DNA of 28,622 nucleotides from an uncultured Steroidobacteraceae bacterium (lineage in GTDB: Bacteria > Chloroflexota > Limnocylindria > QHBO01), in assembly GCA_964503725.1 (NCBI GenBank), contig CAZDAV010000002.1:1-28622 (forward strand). The letters run 5' to 3'. This document shows, piece after piece, positions 16,320 to 25,776 of the stretch. The notes beneath the pieces are model-generated. The model worked only from the letters and a program-made list of their open reading frames with translations. It was not told the DNA's origin and ran no database searches. Positions within the stretch are counted from its first letter, which is position 1, and every line of letters begins with the position of its first letter. A program made the position numbers and the translations under genes.

Positions 16320-18800
16320 TTGCACACCTGGCAGGCCGTCCTGAAGCGCGGGGTTGATCTGCTGCTGGGCACAATGGCCATCGTGCTGCTCCTGCCACTT
16401 GGTCTGGTCATCGCGCTGGCGGTGGTGGCCGACTCGTCGGGTGCGGCCATCTATGGAGCGCAGCGGGTCGGTCGCGGGGGCCGCCTGTTCACGATGTACA
16501 AGTTCCGTTCGATGGCCCAGGGAGCCGACCGCGCCGGCCCGGGCGTGACCGGTGCATACGACTACCGCGTCACGCGGGTCGGCACCTTCCTGCGTCGCAC
16601 GAAGCTGGACGAGCTGCCGCAGCTCCTGAACGTTCTCAAGGGAGACATGTCGCTGGTGGGTCCTCGGCCCGAGGCCCCGGCGTACGTCGAGCTGTGGACA
16701 CCCAAGGAGCGCGAGGTGCTCCGGGTCCGCCCCGGCGTGACTGGTCCCGCGCAGATCGCCTACGTCGACGAAGAGGAGCTTCTGGTTGGACCGGACCCCG
16801 ATGTCGCGTACGAGTCGGACCTGCTGCATGCGAAGCTGGCAATGGACCTGGAATATGTGCGCGGCTACGCAGTCCGGCGCGACCTGCTCATCCTATGGCG
16901 CACTGTCGCTCGCATCCTGTCGTCGTCTGGGCGGCGCTCAAACCGCCCCCGGCGGCGCTACACGTTGATGGAGCGACTGCGCGGCACGTCATTGAGATGG
17001 CTGCTGCTGGATGCCGTGCTGGCCGGCCTGGCAGCCAGCCTGGCGGTGGGGCTCCGGATCGACCGCAACAACATCCTGGCGGCGGTCGCGACCTACTGGG
17101 TCTTCGTGCCGCTCGCGATGGCGATCCGCCCGGCGGGGCTCCTGTTGTCGGGCGCATACCTTCGGGTGTGGCGCTACCCCACCATCAGCGACGCGGCCCT
17201 GATTGTTTCGTCTCTGGCCGCCGGATCACTGGCCATGATGCTGGCGGTCTTCTTCGTCCTCCAGCCGTCCGGTTTCCCAAGCACGGCCGGCTTCCCGCGC
17301 AGCGCAATCGTGATCGAGTTCGTCCTGTCGCTGCTGCTGCTTGGCGGCGTCCGCGTCGCATCCCGCGTGCGGCAGGAGGGCCTCGACGTGGTGCCGACCT
17401 TCGTCGGAGGACCGCCCAAGCCGGTGTTGATCTACGGAGCAGGCGAGGCGGGCGCAATGCTGGTCCGCGAGATGCTTCGGAACCGGGCCCTCCGGCTCGA
17501 CCCCGTGGCTTTCCTGGACGATGACATCGCCAAGCGCGGCCAGCGCATCTACGGCGTCGAGGTGGTCGGCACCGGGTTGGACCTGCCGCAGGTGGTCGCG
17601 GACCGCGATGTTGCCGAGGTCATCATCGCCATGCCGCGCGCGGCCGGCCCCGAGGTGCGCAGGGTGGTGACCCTGTGCGAGGCGGCGGCGGTGCCGGTGC
17701 GCACGCTGCCCGGAGTCCAGGAGCTCCTGGATGACACCGTCGCCGTCAGCAAGGTCCGCGACGTTCGCCTCGAGGACCTGCTTCGGCGCGACCCGGTCCC
17801 CATCCCGGATGAACCACTCCGGCAATGGCTCAAGGGGCAGACCGTCCTGGTGACGGGGGCCGGCGGAAGCATCGGCTCGGAGGTGTGCCGCCAGGTAGCG
17901 GACCTCGGAGCGAGCAAGGTCGTGCTGTTCGAGCAGTCGGAAACGCCGCTCTTCAACATCGAGCAGCTGCTCCGTCGCCGTCATCCGGAGATCGATGTGG
18001 TGACCGCCCTGGCCGACGTCGCAGACGAGCAGACCGTTGATCGAGTGCTCGCAAGACACCGCCCCGGGATCCTCGTTCACGCGGCGGCGCACAAGCATGT
18101 GCCGATGTCAGAAGCGCACGTCGCGCAGGCGGTCCTGACCAATGTCCGCGGGACCCGGATCGTCGTGGAGGCAGCGGCCCGAGCGGGAGTCGGGACGCTC
18201 GTGTTCGTGAGCACGGACAAGGCTGTGGACGCGTCCTCGGTGATGGGAGCAACCAAGCGACTCGGCGAGGAGATCGTTCGCCAGGTGGCCACGGACGCAC
18301 CAGGCCGATTCGTGATCGTCCGATTCGGAAACGTGCTGGGTTCCCAGGGCAGCGTGGTCGAGATCTTCCGACAGCAGATTGCCGATGGCGGTCCAATCAC
18401 GGTGACGCACCCGGAGATGACCAGGTACTTCATGCTCATCCCCGAAGCCGTCCGGCTCATCCTGCTCGCCGGCGCGGTGGGCAGCACCAGCTCGGTCTAC
18501 GTCCTGGAGATGGGCGACCCGATCCGGATCGTTGACCTGGCACGGGACATGATTCGCCTGGTTGCGACGCCCGGCCAGGAGGTCCAGATCGTGCATACCG
18601 GCCTCCGGCCGGGAGAGAAGATGGAGGAGTCGCTCTTCTCCACCGACGAGGTGCCCGGACCGACCTCCTACGGCGGCCTGATCCTCGCCCAGCGCGGCCC
18701 GCAACCCAAACGAGACGCGATTGCGGCGGCCTGCGAACTCGAACGCGTCGCTCTGATCGGGGACGAGGACGGTCTGCGCGCACTCCTGGTCCATGCCTGA
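16320..18800 (+). CDS. Fusion of a monotopic phosphoglycosyl transferase (PglC-like) and a membrane NDP-sugar 4,6-dehydratase (PglF/CapD-like)
   Basis: N-half 'YKFRSM', '[24 protein letters not shown]'; C-half 'TGAGGSIGS', 'AAHKHVP', 'STDKAV', 'MGATK', 'VRFGNVLGS', 'GLRPGEK'. Start TTG 16320 has GAGGT upstream (ORF track 16287). Confidence 0.94.
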   Translation: MHTWQAVLKRGVDLLLGTMAIVLLLPLGLVIALAVVADSSGAAIYGAQRVGRGGRLFTMYKFRSMAQGADRAGPGVTGAYDYRVTRVGTFLRRTKLDELPQLLNVLKGDMSLVGPRPEAPAYVELWTPKEREVLRVRPGVTGPAQIAYVDEEELLVGPDPDVAYESDLLHAKLAMDLEYVRGYAVRRDLLILWRTVARILSSSGRRSNRPRRRYTLMERLRGTSLRWLLLDAVLAGLAASLAVGLRIDRNNILAAVATYWVFVPLAMAIRPAGLLLSGAYLRVWRYPTISDAALIVSSLAAGSLAMMLAVFFVLQPSGFPSTAGFPRSAIVIEFVLSLLLLGGVRVASRVRQEGLDVVPTFVGGPPKPVLIYGAGEAGAMLVREMLRNRALRLDPVAFLDDDIAKRGQRIYGVEVVGTGLDLPQVVADRDVAEVIIAMPRAAGPEVRRVVTLCEAAAVPVRTLPGVQELLDDTVAVSKVRDVRLEDLLRRDPVPIPDEPLRQWLKGQTVLVTGAGGSIGSEVCRQVADLGASKVVLFEQSETPLFNIEQLLRRRHPEIDVVTALADVADEQTVDRVLARHRPGILVHAAAHKHVPMSEAHVAQAVLTNVRGTRIVVEAAARAGVGTLVFVSTDKAVDASSVMGATKRLGEEIVRQVATDAPGRFVIVRFGNVLGSQGSVVEIFRQQIADGGPITVTHPEMTRYFMLIPEAVRLILLAGAVGSTSSVYVLEMGDPIRIVDLARDMIRLVATPGQEVQIVHTGLRPGEKMEESLFSTDEVPGPTSYGGLILAQRGPQPKRDAIAAACELERVALIGDEDGLRALLVHA

Positions 18801-21063
18801 GGACCGGTCAACTCGGGAGTCTCTCCCGAGGATGTTGCTTGCGGCGCTGCTGCTCTTCTTTGTGCTGCTTGGTGGTACGGAGGCTGGGCGCCTGATCCCC
18901 GGCCTGCGCACCGCCGCGGCCCTCATGGCGGGCGCCCTGATCGCCGCCTGTGTCTGGCGAAGCAGCCGTTACTCCGACCGAACGGACAGGCTGATGGTGC
19001 TGGCCCTGGTCGCGTTCGTGGTCACCTGCGCCATGTCGCAGTTCCCGCGCTTCTCGTTCGACGCGGCCACCACCGCGCTGGCGCTCTGCGCCGCCTTCCT
19101 GGTCGCGCGTGAAGTCGTCAGCACCGAGGCGGCTCGCCAGCTGCTGATCACGGTGCTGGGACTGTGCGGCCTGGTTCTGGCAGTCGCATTCGCCGTCATG
19201 TGGGGCCTGGTCTGGGTTCGATGGCTGTCGATCCCCGGTGCGGGCCTCCCGCCGCTCGAACTGATCCTCCCGGTCGGCCCATACCGGCACTACCACGTCG
19301 TCGGCATGACGGTCTCGCTGCTACTGCCTGCGTTGATCGCCATGGGCGCTCGGCGCGGATTCGTCCGGCCAGCTGCCTACCTCGGGATCGTCGCGACCGT
19401 CGCCGTCATCGTCTTGAGCGGATCCCGCACGGTCTGGCTGGCGACCGTGGTGGGTCTCTCGCTTCCACTCCTCGCGCGGAGGGCCGGCTCGCTGCGCAGA
19501 GTCCCCGCGCCGGCCTACGCCGTCCTGGCGGTCGCGGCGGTCCTGCTCCTGGTCTCCGGAGCGGCCAACCCCATCCTCGACCGCCTGGCGGGCACATCAA
19601 CGCTCCAGCTGCGGGGCGAGATCTGGACGGCGACGCTGGAACGATGGCTGGCGCACCCACTCTTTGGATCGGGGCCTGGCTCGTTCTCCGCCACCCTGAC
19701 GCTGGGCGACTTCTTCGCACGTTTCCCGAACGTGGGGCGCCATGCGGACAACGCGGTCATTCAGCTCCTGGCCGAGGGTGGACTCCTGGGGATTGCCGGG
19801 CTGGGCTTGCTGGTGGCGGGGATCCTCGCTGGGATGCGTCGCCGACCCACGCTCCCCTGGGCACCGGCGGCTGGGGTTCTCATCTTCGTGTTCAGCTCAT
19901 TCACCGACAATCCCTCGGATACGACCAGCCTCGTCGTCATTGCGCTCGCCTGGGCTGTCCTTGCCGTTGCGCCCAGGGAGGACGCCCGGAGCGTCGAGGA
20001 CGCCGGTCATGGGCGGCGCACCGTCCGCTACGCAGCGTTGGCCAGCGGAGTCGTGATGGCGGTCGCCTGCGGGCTGACCCTCCTTGCCGGGTGGTCCTTT
20101 GATCAGGCGACCGCGGCTGCACGACGAGGGGATGATGCCGAGGTGGTGGAGCGTCTCGCAGGTGCCGTCGCGTTGGACCCATCCTTCGCCCTCTATCGAA
20201 GGGAGCACGGTGTCTGGCTGATGTCGGAGGGAGATCCCGACGGTGCCCGGCGAGAGCTGGAGATCGCCTTCGCCATGAATCCGGCGGACGCGACCGCGGC
20301 GCGCGCCCTGGCACTCCTCGCGACAGCCGACAGCCGCGTCGCGGCTGCGATTGCCTGGGCGGAACAGGCGGTTCGTCTGCGGGCGACCCATGCCGAGAAT
20401 CGCCTCACCCTCGCCTATGTCGCGGGCCGCGGCGGCGAGGGCGACCTTGCGAAGGACGCCTTGATCGACGTCCTGCGAAATGAGCCCTGGATCGCGGCGG
20501 CACCGGATTGGACGACGCTCTTCCCTGTTGGCGATCAACTCAATGAGCTGCTTGCCGGAGCCCAGAGCAGCGCGGCTTCTGAGCCGGGTGGGAGTCGCCT
20601 GCAACTTGCTGATGCCTGGCTGGCCGCCTCGATTGGGATTCCTGCGCCCGACGGGATCCCCCAGGACGCGGTTGCGTCGGCCGCCATCATCGAGTGTCGC
20701 CTGACGCAGGCGCAGGCTGCCATCGAGGCCATGACGGCGGCCGAGGCGGTCTCGAGCGATGGGCTGCTGGCACGAGTGCTTGTCGCACGGGCATCGGGCT
20801 CAACATCCCTCGGTGACGTGATCGCACTCGCCGGCCTCAGGTGGCCGCTGCTGGGCGTCCTGGCCACTCAGCCGATACGAGGCGCCTCGCCGTTTGCCGA
20901 CCCGGCCACCGATATCGCTCTGTATCGCCGCTTGCCGATGCCCGCCCCCGACCTTGGCCCCATCCTGCCGACCGGCGACTCGGGCCTGAGCGCTTGGCTG
21001 CGCGAGCCCGCTGTCGCGGCGGACCGCGGGGCACCCAACAGTGGGTTGGCTACCTGCCGGTAG
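18793..21063 (+). CDS. O-antigen ligase / O-OTase family (Wzy_C) protein with a long helical C-terminal extension
   Basis: Motifs 'LSGSRTVWL', 'RGEIW', 'HPLFGSGPGSF' and 'HADNAVIQLLAEGG'; TPR-like segments 'AVALDPSFALY', 'AMNPAD' and 'AVRLRATH'; 8-bp overlap with the upstream gene. Confidence 0.88.
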   Translation: MPEDRSTRESLPRMLLAALLLFFVLLGGTEAGRLIPGLRTAAALMAGALIAACVWRSSRYSDRTDRLMVLALVAFVVTCAMSQFPRFSFDAATTALALCAAFLVAREVVSTEAARQLLITVLGLCGLVLAVAFAVMWGLVWVRWLSIPGAGLPPLELILPVGPYRHYHVVGMTVSLLLPALIAMGARRGFVRPAAYLGIVATVAVIVLSGSRTVWLATVVGLSLPLLARRAGSLRRVPAPAYAVLAVAAVLLLVSGAANPILDRLAGTSTLQLRGEIWTATLERWLAHPLFGSGPGSFSATLTLGDFFARFPNVGRHADNAVIQLLAEGGLLGIAGLGLLVAGILAGMRRRPTLPWAPAAGVLIFVFSSFTDNPSDTTSLVVIALAWAVLAVAPREDARSVEDAGHGRRTVRYAALASGVVMAVACGLTLLAGWSFDQATAAARRGDDAEVVERLAGAVALDPSFALYRREHGVWLMSEGDPDGARRELEIAFAMNPADATAARALALLATADSRVAAAIAWAEQAVRLRATHAENRLTLAYVAGRGGEGDLAKDALIDVLRNEPWIAAAPDWTTLFPVGDQLNELLAGAQSSAASEPGGSRLQLADAWLAASIGIPAPDGIPQDAVASAAIIECRLTQAQAAIEAMTAAEAVSSDGLLARVLVARASGSTSLGDVIALAGLRWPLLGVLATQPIRGASPFADPATDIALYRRLPMPAPDLGPILPTGDSGLSAWLREPAVAADRGAPNSGLATCR

Positions 21064-21075
21064 GACGGCGCGAGG

Positions 21076-22050
21076 TCACGCTCCGGCGGGCTCGACCGCC
21101 CCACGGCGTGCTCTGTTGGAGATCCACCTCGCCATGCGCCTCATCCAGGGGTGCTTGAGCGCGAAATAGGCGCCAAACGCGAAGGCGATGCCGCCGATGA
21201 CGTCGATCACGTAGTGATGCCCAAGGTAGATGACGGAAAACCAGATCGCCGCGCTCCACGCCAGCAGGACGAGAGACGCGCGGGGCCAGCGCTCCCGCAC
21301 GAACAGGTACGCCAGCAGGGGATACGCCGAATGCAGGGAGGGGAACGCGGCAACTGGGTTGCCGGACATGCTGCCGTACAGCCAGGTCGTGACCGGCGCG
21401 AATTGCAGCTGGGTAAAGGTCGAGCGAGCGATGTCCTCGACCGCAAGTGACTCCCCGAACGCGCCGGCGAAGCGCGGCGGGGCGACCGGGATGACCAGAT
21501 AGCAGAGAAACGCCGCAAACGACATGAGCATCAGCGCCATCAGGTACCGATAGAAGAGGCCGCGCTGCAACACCCAGAAGGCGAACGCGACGACCAGCGG
21601 CAATGCGAAGTGCGCGACATAGAGGAAGGTCGTGACCAGGTCCAGCGCATTGACGCTGCCCGGCGTATGGAACGCGGCCTGAAGGTCCTCCGCGGGGATG
21701 CGGCCGAAGAAGAGGAATCGCTCCAGGGCGATCACATCATTGGAGTGCACCGCCATGCCCAGCTCGTCCGCCATGCCGCGCATCGACTCCCACGCCAGGA
21801 ATATCGCGACAAACGGCAGCCAATCCCTCAGGAAGAGTCGGGTCCGGCCAAGGACCACGGCGATGACCAGCGCGAACACGATGAACAGGTCGGGGCTCAT
21901 GTACGCCCCGCGCACCACCATGACGACCAGCACCAGCGCGACATAGCCGACCAGCAGCGACACCATCGCGCGACTGAGCCGGCGCCGGTCGTCATGGTGG
22001 ACGACCGGCTGGTCGACGATGGCGGGGCGCGTGCTGGCAGCCGTTGTCAC
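21076..22050 (-). CDS. Aur1/inositol-phosphorylceramide-synthase-like PAP2 membrane protein, copy 1
   Basis: Motifs 'RDWLPF', 'PVAPPR', 'AAFPSLH' and 'YLGHHYVID'. Start GTG 22050 chosen by comparison with copy 2 (ORF track 22086). Confidence 0.87.
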   Translation of the reverse strand: MTTAASTRPAIVDQPVVHHDDRRRLSRAMVSLLVGYVALVLVVMVVRGAYMSPDLFIVFALVIAVVLGRTRLFLRDWLPFVAIFLAWESMRGMADELGMAVHSNDVIALERFLFFGRIPAEDLQAAFHTPGSVNALDLVTTFLYVAHFALPLVVAFAFWVLQRGLFYRYLMALMLMSFAAFLCYLVIPVAPPRFAGAFGESLAVEDIARSTFTQLQFAPVTTWLYGSMSGNPVAAFPSLHSAYPLLAYLFVRERWPRASLVLLAWSAAIWFSVIYLGHHYVIDVIGGIAFAFGAYFALKHPWMRRMARWISNRARRGAVEPAGA

Positions 22051-22166
22051 GGGGTCGCTCGCGCGTCGCGCGCTGGCCCGATGCACATCAGGTCGCGCTC
22101 AACAGAGTTGTCCGGGATCAATCGATCGACCGCTCCTTCACCCTGCCTGATCGGTCGGGGCAGCCG

Positions 22167-22195
22167 ATAGTACCTGCGGGGTACCAATCGGCCAA
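22167..22195 (-). promoter_or_regulatory. Putative sigma70 promoter for PAP2 copy 1
   Basis: TTGGCC, 17 nt, TACTAT on the minus strand. Confidence 0.5.
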
Positions 22196-22260
22196 GCCCC
22201 TGCGGTGCTGGTCGTGCAGTTACCGTTGACCGGATGCATCAGAGCTCATTGAGGTCCAAC

Positions 22261-22288
22261 CCGCCGTGTACCGCACCGCCGTGTACCG
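22261..22288. repeat. 13-bp direct repeat CCGCCGTGTACCG x2 (15-bp period)
   Basis: Exact copies at 22261-73 and 22276-88. Confidence 0.85.
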
Positions 22289-22336
22289 GACCAGGGCGAC
22301 TCCATCGCTGCCGGCGTCGAGCACCAGGTCGTACTG

Positions 22337-22365
22337 TTGACTCGACGCATCGGCCTCCCTAACGT
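22337..22365 (+). promoter_or_regulatory. Sigma70-type promoter, leaderless transcript
   Basis: TTGACT, 17 nt, TAACGT, 8 nt, GTG 22374. Confidence 0.7.
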
Positions 22366-22373
22366 CCCGCTTC

Positions 22374-23342
22374 GTGAGTGAAAGTGCCCTGACGACATCG
22401 CCGTCGACGGTCCCAGTGCCCGAAGACGCTCAGCACGGCCGGTCGTTGAATCGGTTCACGACGGTGCTGCTCATCGGCTACCTGGGATTCATCGTGGCCT
22501 TCATGGTCCTGAAGCGCGCCGCCGTCACCGCGGACGTCTTCGTGGTCTTCGTCAGCGTCATCGCCATCATGCTCGGGCGCGGCAAGGCGTTCGTCCGCGA
22601 CTGGGCCCCGTTCCTGCTCATCTTCCTGGCCTGGGAGGCCATGCGCGGCGTCGCACATCAGTTCGGCGCCGAGGTGCAGTCCGACGCGGTCATCGCCGTC
22701 GAGCGCTTCATCAGCCTGGGCATCGTGCCGCCCGTCGAGCTGCAGCGCTTGCTGCACACGCCCGGCGTGGTCGGCCCACTCGAGGTGGTGACGGCCGTCA
22801 TTTATGCGGCGCACTTCCTGCTGCCGCTTGCCGTTGCCTTCGTGCTCTGGCTCAAGCGGCGCTCGGCCTACTACCCCTACGTGATCGCCCTGATGCTCAT
22901 GTCCTTCGCGCAGTTCTTCACTGCCATCGTGCTCCCGGTCGCGCCGCCCCGCTATGCCGGCCTGTACGGCGAGGCGCTGAACGTCGTCGATCTCGGCTCA
23001 GTGGTTGCGCAGCAGACCGGCATCGGCGTCCTGAGCTGGGCGTACCACAACATGATCGGCAACCCGGTGGCCGCCTTCCCGTCGCTGCATGCGGCCTACC
23101 CGATCCTGGCCTACCTCTTCCTGCGCGACCACTGGCCGCGAGCCGCGTGGCTCATGCTGGCCTACACCGCCGCGGTCTGGTTCTCGATCATGTACCTGGG
23201 TCACCACTACCTGGTCGACGCGCTGGGCGGGTTGGTCTACGCCGTGGCTGCCTATCTCGTCGTGCGATCGGCGATTTCAGGGCGCCTCGGGCAATGGTGG
23301 AACGCGCGGCGGCGAAGGGCGAGCCAGCCCGGACGCGTTTAG
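22374..23342 (+). CDS. Aur1/IPC-synthase-like PAP2 membrane protein, copy 2
   Basis: Motifs 'RDWAPF', 'PVAPPR', 'AAFPSLH' and 'YLGHHYLVD'; collinear with copy 1. Confidence 0.9.
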   Translation: MSESALTTSPSTVPVPEDAQHGRSLNRFTTVLLIGYLGFIVAFMVLKRAAVTADVFVVFVSVIAIMLGRGKAFVRDWAPFLLIFLAWEAMRGVAHQFGAEVQSDAVIAVERFISLGIVPPVELQRLLHTPGVVGPLEVVTAVIYAAHFLLPLAVAFVLWLKRRSAYYPYVIALMLMSFAQFFTAIVLPVAPPRYAGLYGEALNVVDLGSVVAQQTGIGVLSWAYHNMIGNPVAAFPSLHAAYPILAYLFLRDHWPRAAWLMLAYTAAVWFSIMYLGHHYLVDALGGLVYAVAAYLVVRSAISGRLGQWWNARRRRASQPGRV

Positions 23343-23379
23343 CATCGACGGGTGGACCTCCCAACGGGCGGACACCACG

Positions 23380-24243
23380 ATGGCTGACGCTCGTCGCCTG
23401 GCCCGGCTGGTGGCCATAGCCGTCGTCGTTGGGATCGGCATCGTCAACCTGTACTGGGCCGTCACGGCCTGGACGCTCTCCGATGCGCAGGCCTACTGGG
23501 ACGCCGCCCAACGCCTGCGGGGCGGGGCCGATCTGTACCCTGTGGTGGCGAACGTGGATGCGTCGGAGGTGTACCGATACGCCCCGTGGTTCGCCTGGCT
23601 GGCCGTGCCGTTCACCTTCCTGCCGGAGCAGGTCGCGGGGGCGCTCTGGTCGGCGATCCTGCTCGCGGCGAGCGGGGCGGCCCTGGTGCCGATGATCCGG
23701 GCGCGGGCCTGGCTGCTGGTCGCCTTCTTCGCCCCGATCCTGGTTGGCATCAGCGCCGTCGGCAACGTGCAGGCGCTGATGATCGCCGCGCTGGTGTGGG
23801 GCGTGGAGCGGCGCAGCGGGCCGCTCTGGATCGCGCTGGCCGCTTCCCTGAAGATCTTCCCGATCCTGCTGGTGGCGGTCTACCTGGGTCGGCGGGAGTG
23901 GGTGCGTGCCGCGCTCACCGTCGTCGTCACGGTCTTGCTATGGGCGCCGGCACTGCTCTACGACCTGCGTGGCTACGCGACCGATCCCGGCCACGCCGGC
24001 TCGCTCTTCGCCATTCCGTGGCTATGGGTGGCGGTGCTTGCGGCCGGGCTGGTGGCGACACGCTGGCTGGCGCGCTCAGCGTACGGCTGGCTCGCGGCGG
24101 CGACCACCGTGGTGGTGGCGCTCCCGCGCCTCTTCGTCTACGACGTCACCTACCTGATGGTGGGGCTGCCCGACCGGCCCCGCACACCCCGAGCGGCGGA
24201 CCGAGCCGTGGATCACGGGGGCGCCCCGCTGCGGAGGACGTAG
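23380..24243 (+). CDS. GT87 (PimE/AftC-like, DUF2029) GT-C glycosyltransferase
   Basis: Motifs 'SDAQAYWDAAQRL', 'YRYAPWFA', 'GNVQ' and 'ASLKIFP'. Start re-called to ATG 23380; the ORF-track start 23089 overlaps the PAP2 gene. Confidence 0.87.
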   Translation: MADARRLARLVAIAVVVGIGIVNLYWAVTAWTLSDAQAYWDAAQRLRGGADLYPVVANVDASEVYRYAPWFAWLAVPFTFLPEQVAGALWSAILLAASGAALVPMIRARAWLLVAFFAPILVGISAVGNVQALMIAALVWGVERRSGPLWIALAASLKIFPILLVAVYLGRREWVRAALTVVVTVLLWAPALLYDLRGYATDPGHAGSLFAIPWLWVAVLAAGLVATRWLARSAYGWLAAATTVVVALPRLFVYDVTYLMVGLPDRPRTPRAADRAVDHGGAPLRRT

Positions 24244-25718
24244 ATCGGCCACCCGGCAATCGTGGCTGCCAGCTCGTAGCGCTCGGCCACGAAGGCGCGC
24301 AGCGGATCGAGCAGGTCGAGATCGCGCCCGTCAGTCAGGATGGGCCGGTCGATGAGCAGCGGCAGGAAGCCCGGCTGCCCGGGTCCGTTCGAGCCAGCAT
24401 CCACCACCACCGCCGGGGGGGCGGCAACCAGCGCGCGAGCCACGTCCGTCACCATGGCGGCGGTCGAGTAGCCAGGCGTGCTCAGCGCATAGAAGTAGGA
24501 GAAGCGGGTCGCCGGCGCGCGGTCGGCCAGGTCGAAGAGCGCCGGCTCGTTGCCCCAGACGAGCATCGTGCCGGCGGGAAGGTCGTCGAGCCGCTCCGAC
24601 ACGGCCTGCATCCGCGCCGATTGGTCGGCCAGCGGAGCGATCTGCATCGCGGCCGAGATCACGCCGGCCACAACCGATACCAGCATGGTGACGATCAACG
24701 GCAGGACGATTGTGACCCGTCGTCCCGACCGGCCAACATGTACCAGCGACTCCCCCACTCGACGGAGCCCCAGGCCGGCCAGGATTCCGAGCGGCACTGC
24801 CAGCGGGATGGCGTAGTGAGCGTAGAAGCGGCCCTGCGCAACGAAGAGCACCAGTGACCCGGCGATCCACGCCAGGCAAGCCAGCATCACGCCACGAATC
24901 GGCTGGGGAGCCTTTGCCAGGGATGCCGCGCCGACGAGTGCCGGCGCCAATAGAAAGAGCGAAGTGAGGACGGCCCAGGACGCGACCGGCGCTGCGAGCG
25001 TGGCGCCGTACTCGCCGCTCGAGGCCCGGTACGCTCCAGAGTAGGTGACGATAGCGTCGAACGCCGCCGGCAGCGTCCCTGTCACCGCCAGCCAGAACCC
25101 GACGACGGCCAGCGAGGCGAAGAGGCCGAGCGCCAGGGCCCCGGTGCCCCCCAGTCGTGTGCCGCGGGGTCTCAGGGAACGGGCAAGGACAAGCACGCCC
25201 AGGGCCCCGGCCAGCAGCTGGAGGGAAAAGAGAAGCGACATGGCCACCAGCGCGCCGATCGAGACCAGGCGAAAGCCCGACGCCGGTGCCACAACGAGCA
25301 CGAGCGCCCCAGCCAGGAGGAGCGTCGCCGGCGGTTCGGTGAGCCCGCCGCCAAGCGCGAGCAGGTAGTGGCCTGCCAGTACCACTACGCCGGCCGCGCC
25401 CAGGGCACGCGGCCACCCGGCCACGCCCAGGCGCCCAAGCACAGCCGCCACCGCAACGCCCAGGCTCGCCGTGGTCGCGAGTGACAGCAGCCAGTCCGCC
25501 GGCCACGGCCCGAGCCAGCCAAGGAGCACCTGCCCGGCGGCTGATGCCAGGTAGATGCCCGGCGGCTTGTGGTCCCAAGCGCCGACGTACGGTGCAACGC
25601 CGTCCAGGAGGCGGCCGCCAACATGGCTGAAGACGGCCGCATCAAACGACGGACCGACCAGCAGACCGGGGGCCAGGAGGACTCCCGACAGCACCACGAG
25701 CGCGATGACGAGGATCAC
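24213..25718 (-). CDS. GT-C transferase (ArnT/PMT_2-like), paralog A
   Basis: 'SFDAAVF...WDHKPPGIY' first-loop motif, 'LTEP', many TM helices, soluble C-terminal domain. Confidence 0.82.
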   Translation of the reverse strand: MILVIALVVLSGVLLAPGLLVGPSFDAAVFSHVGGRLLDGVAPYVGAWDHKPPGIYLASAAGQVLLGWLGPWPADWLLSLATTASLGVAVAAVLGRLGVAGWPRALGAAGVVVLAGHYLLALGGGLTEPPATLLLAGALVLVVAPASGFRLVSIGALVAMSLLFSLQLLAGALGVLVLARSLRPRGTRLGGTGALALGLFASLAVVGFWLAVTGTLPAAFDAIVTYSGAYRASSGEYGATLAAPVASWAVLTSLFLLAPALVGAASLAKAPQPIRGVMLACLAWIAGSLVLFVAQGRFYAHYAIPLAVPLGILAGLGLRRVGESLVHVGRSGRRVTIVLPLIVTMLVSVVAGVISAAMQIAPLADQSARMQAVSERLDDLPAGTMLVWGNEPALFDLADRAPATRFSYFYALSTPGYSTAAMVTDVARALVAAPPAVVVDAGSNGPGQPGFLPLLIDRPILTDGRDLDLLDPLRAFVAERYELAATIAGWPIYVLRSGAPP

Positions 25719-25776
25719 AGGCCCCGATTGTGGGCCACACGAAAACCTGGCGCGGTCGCCGTGGGTTGCGCTCCAG

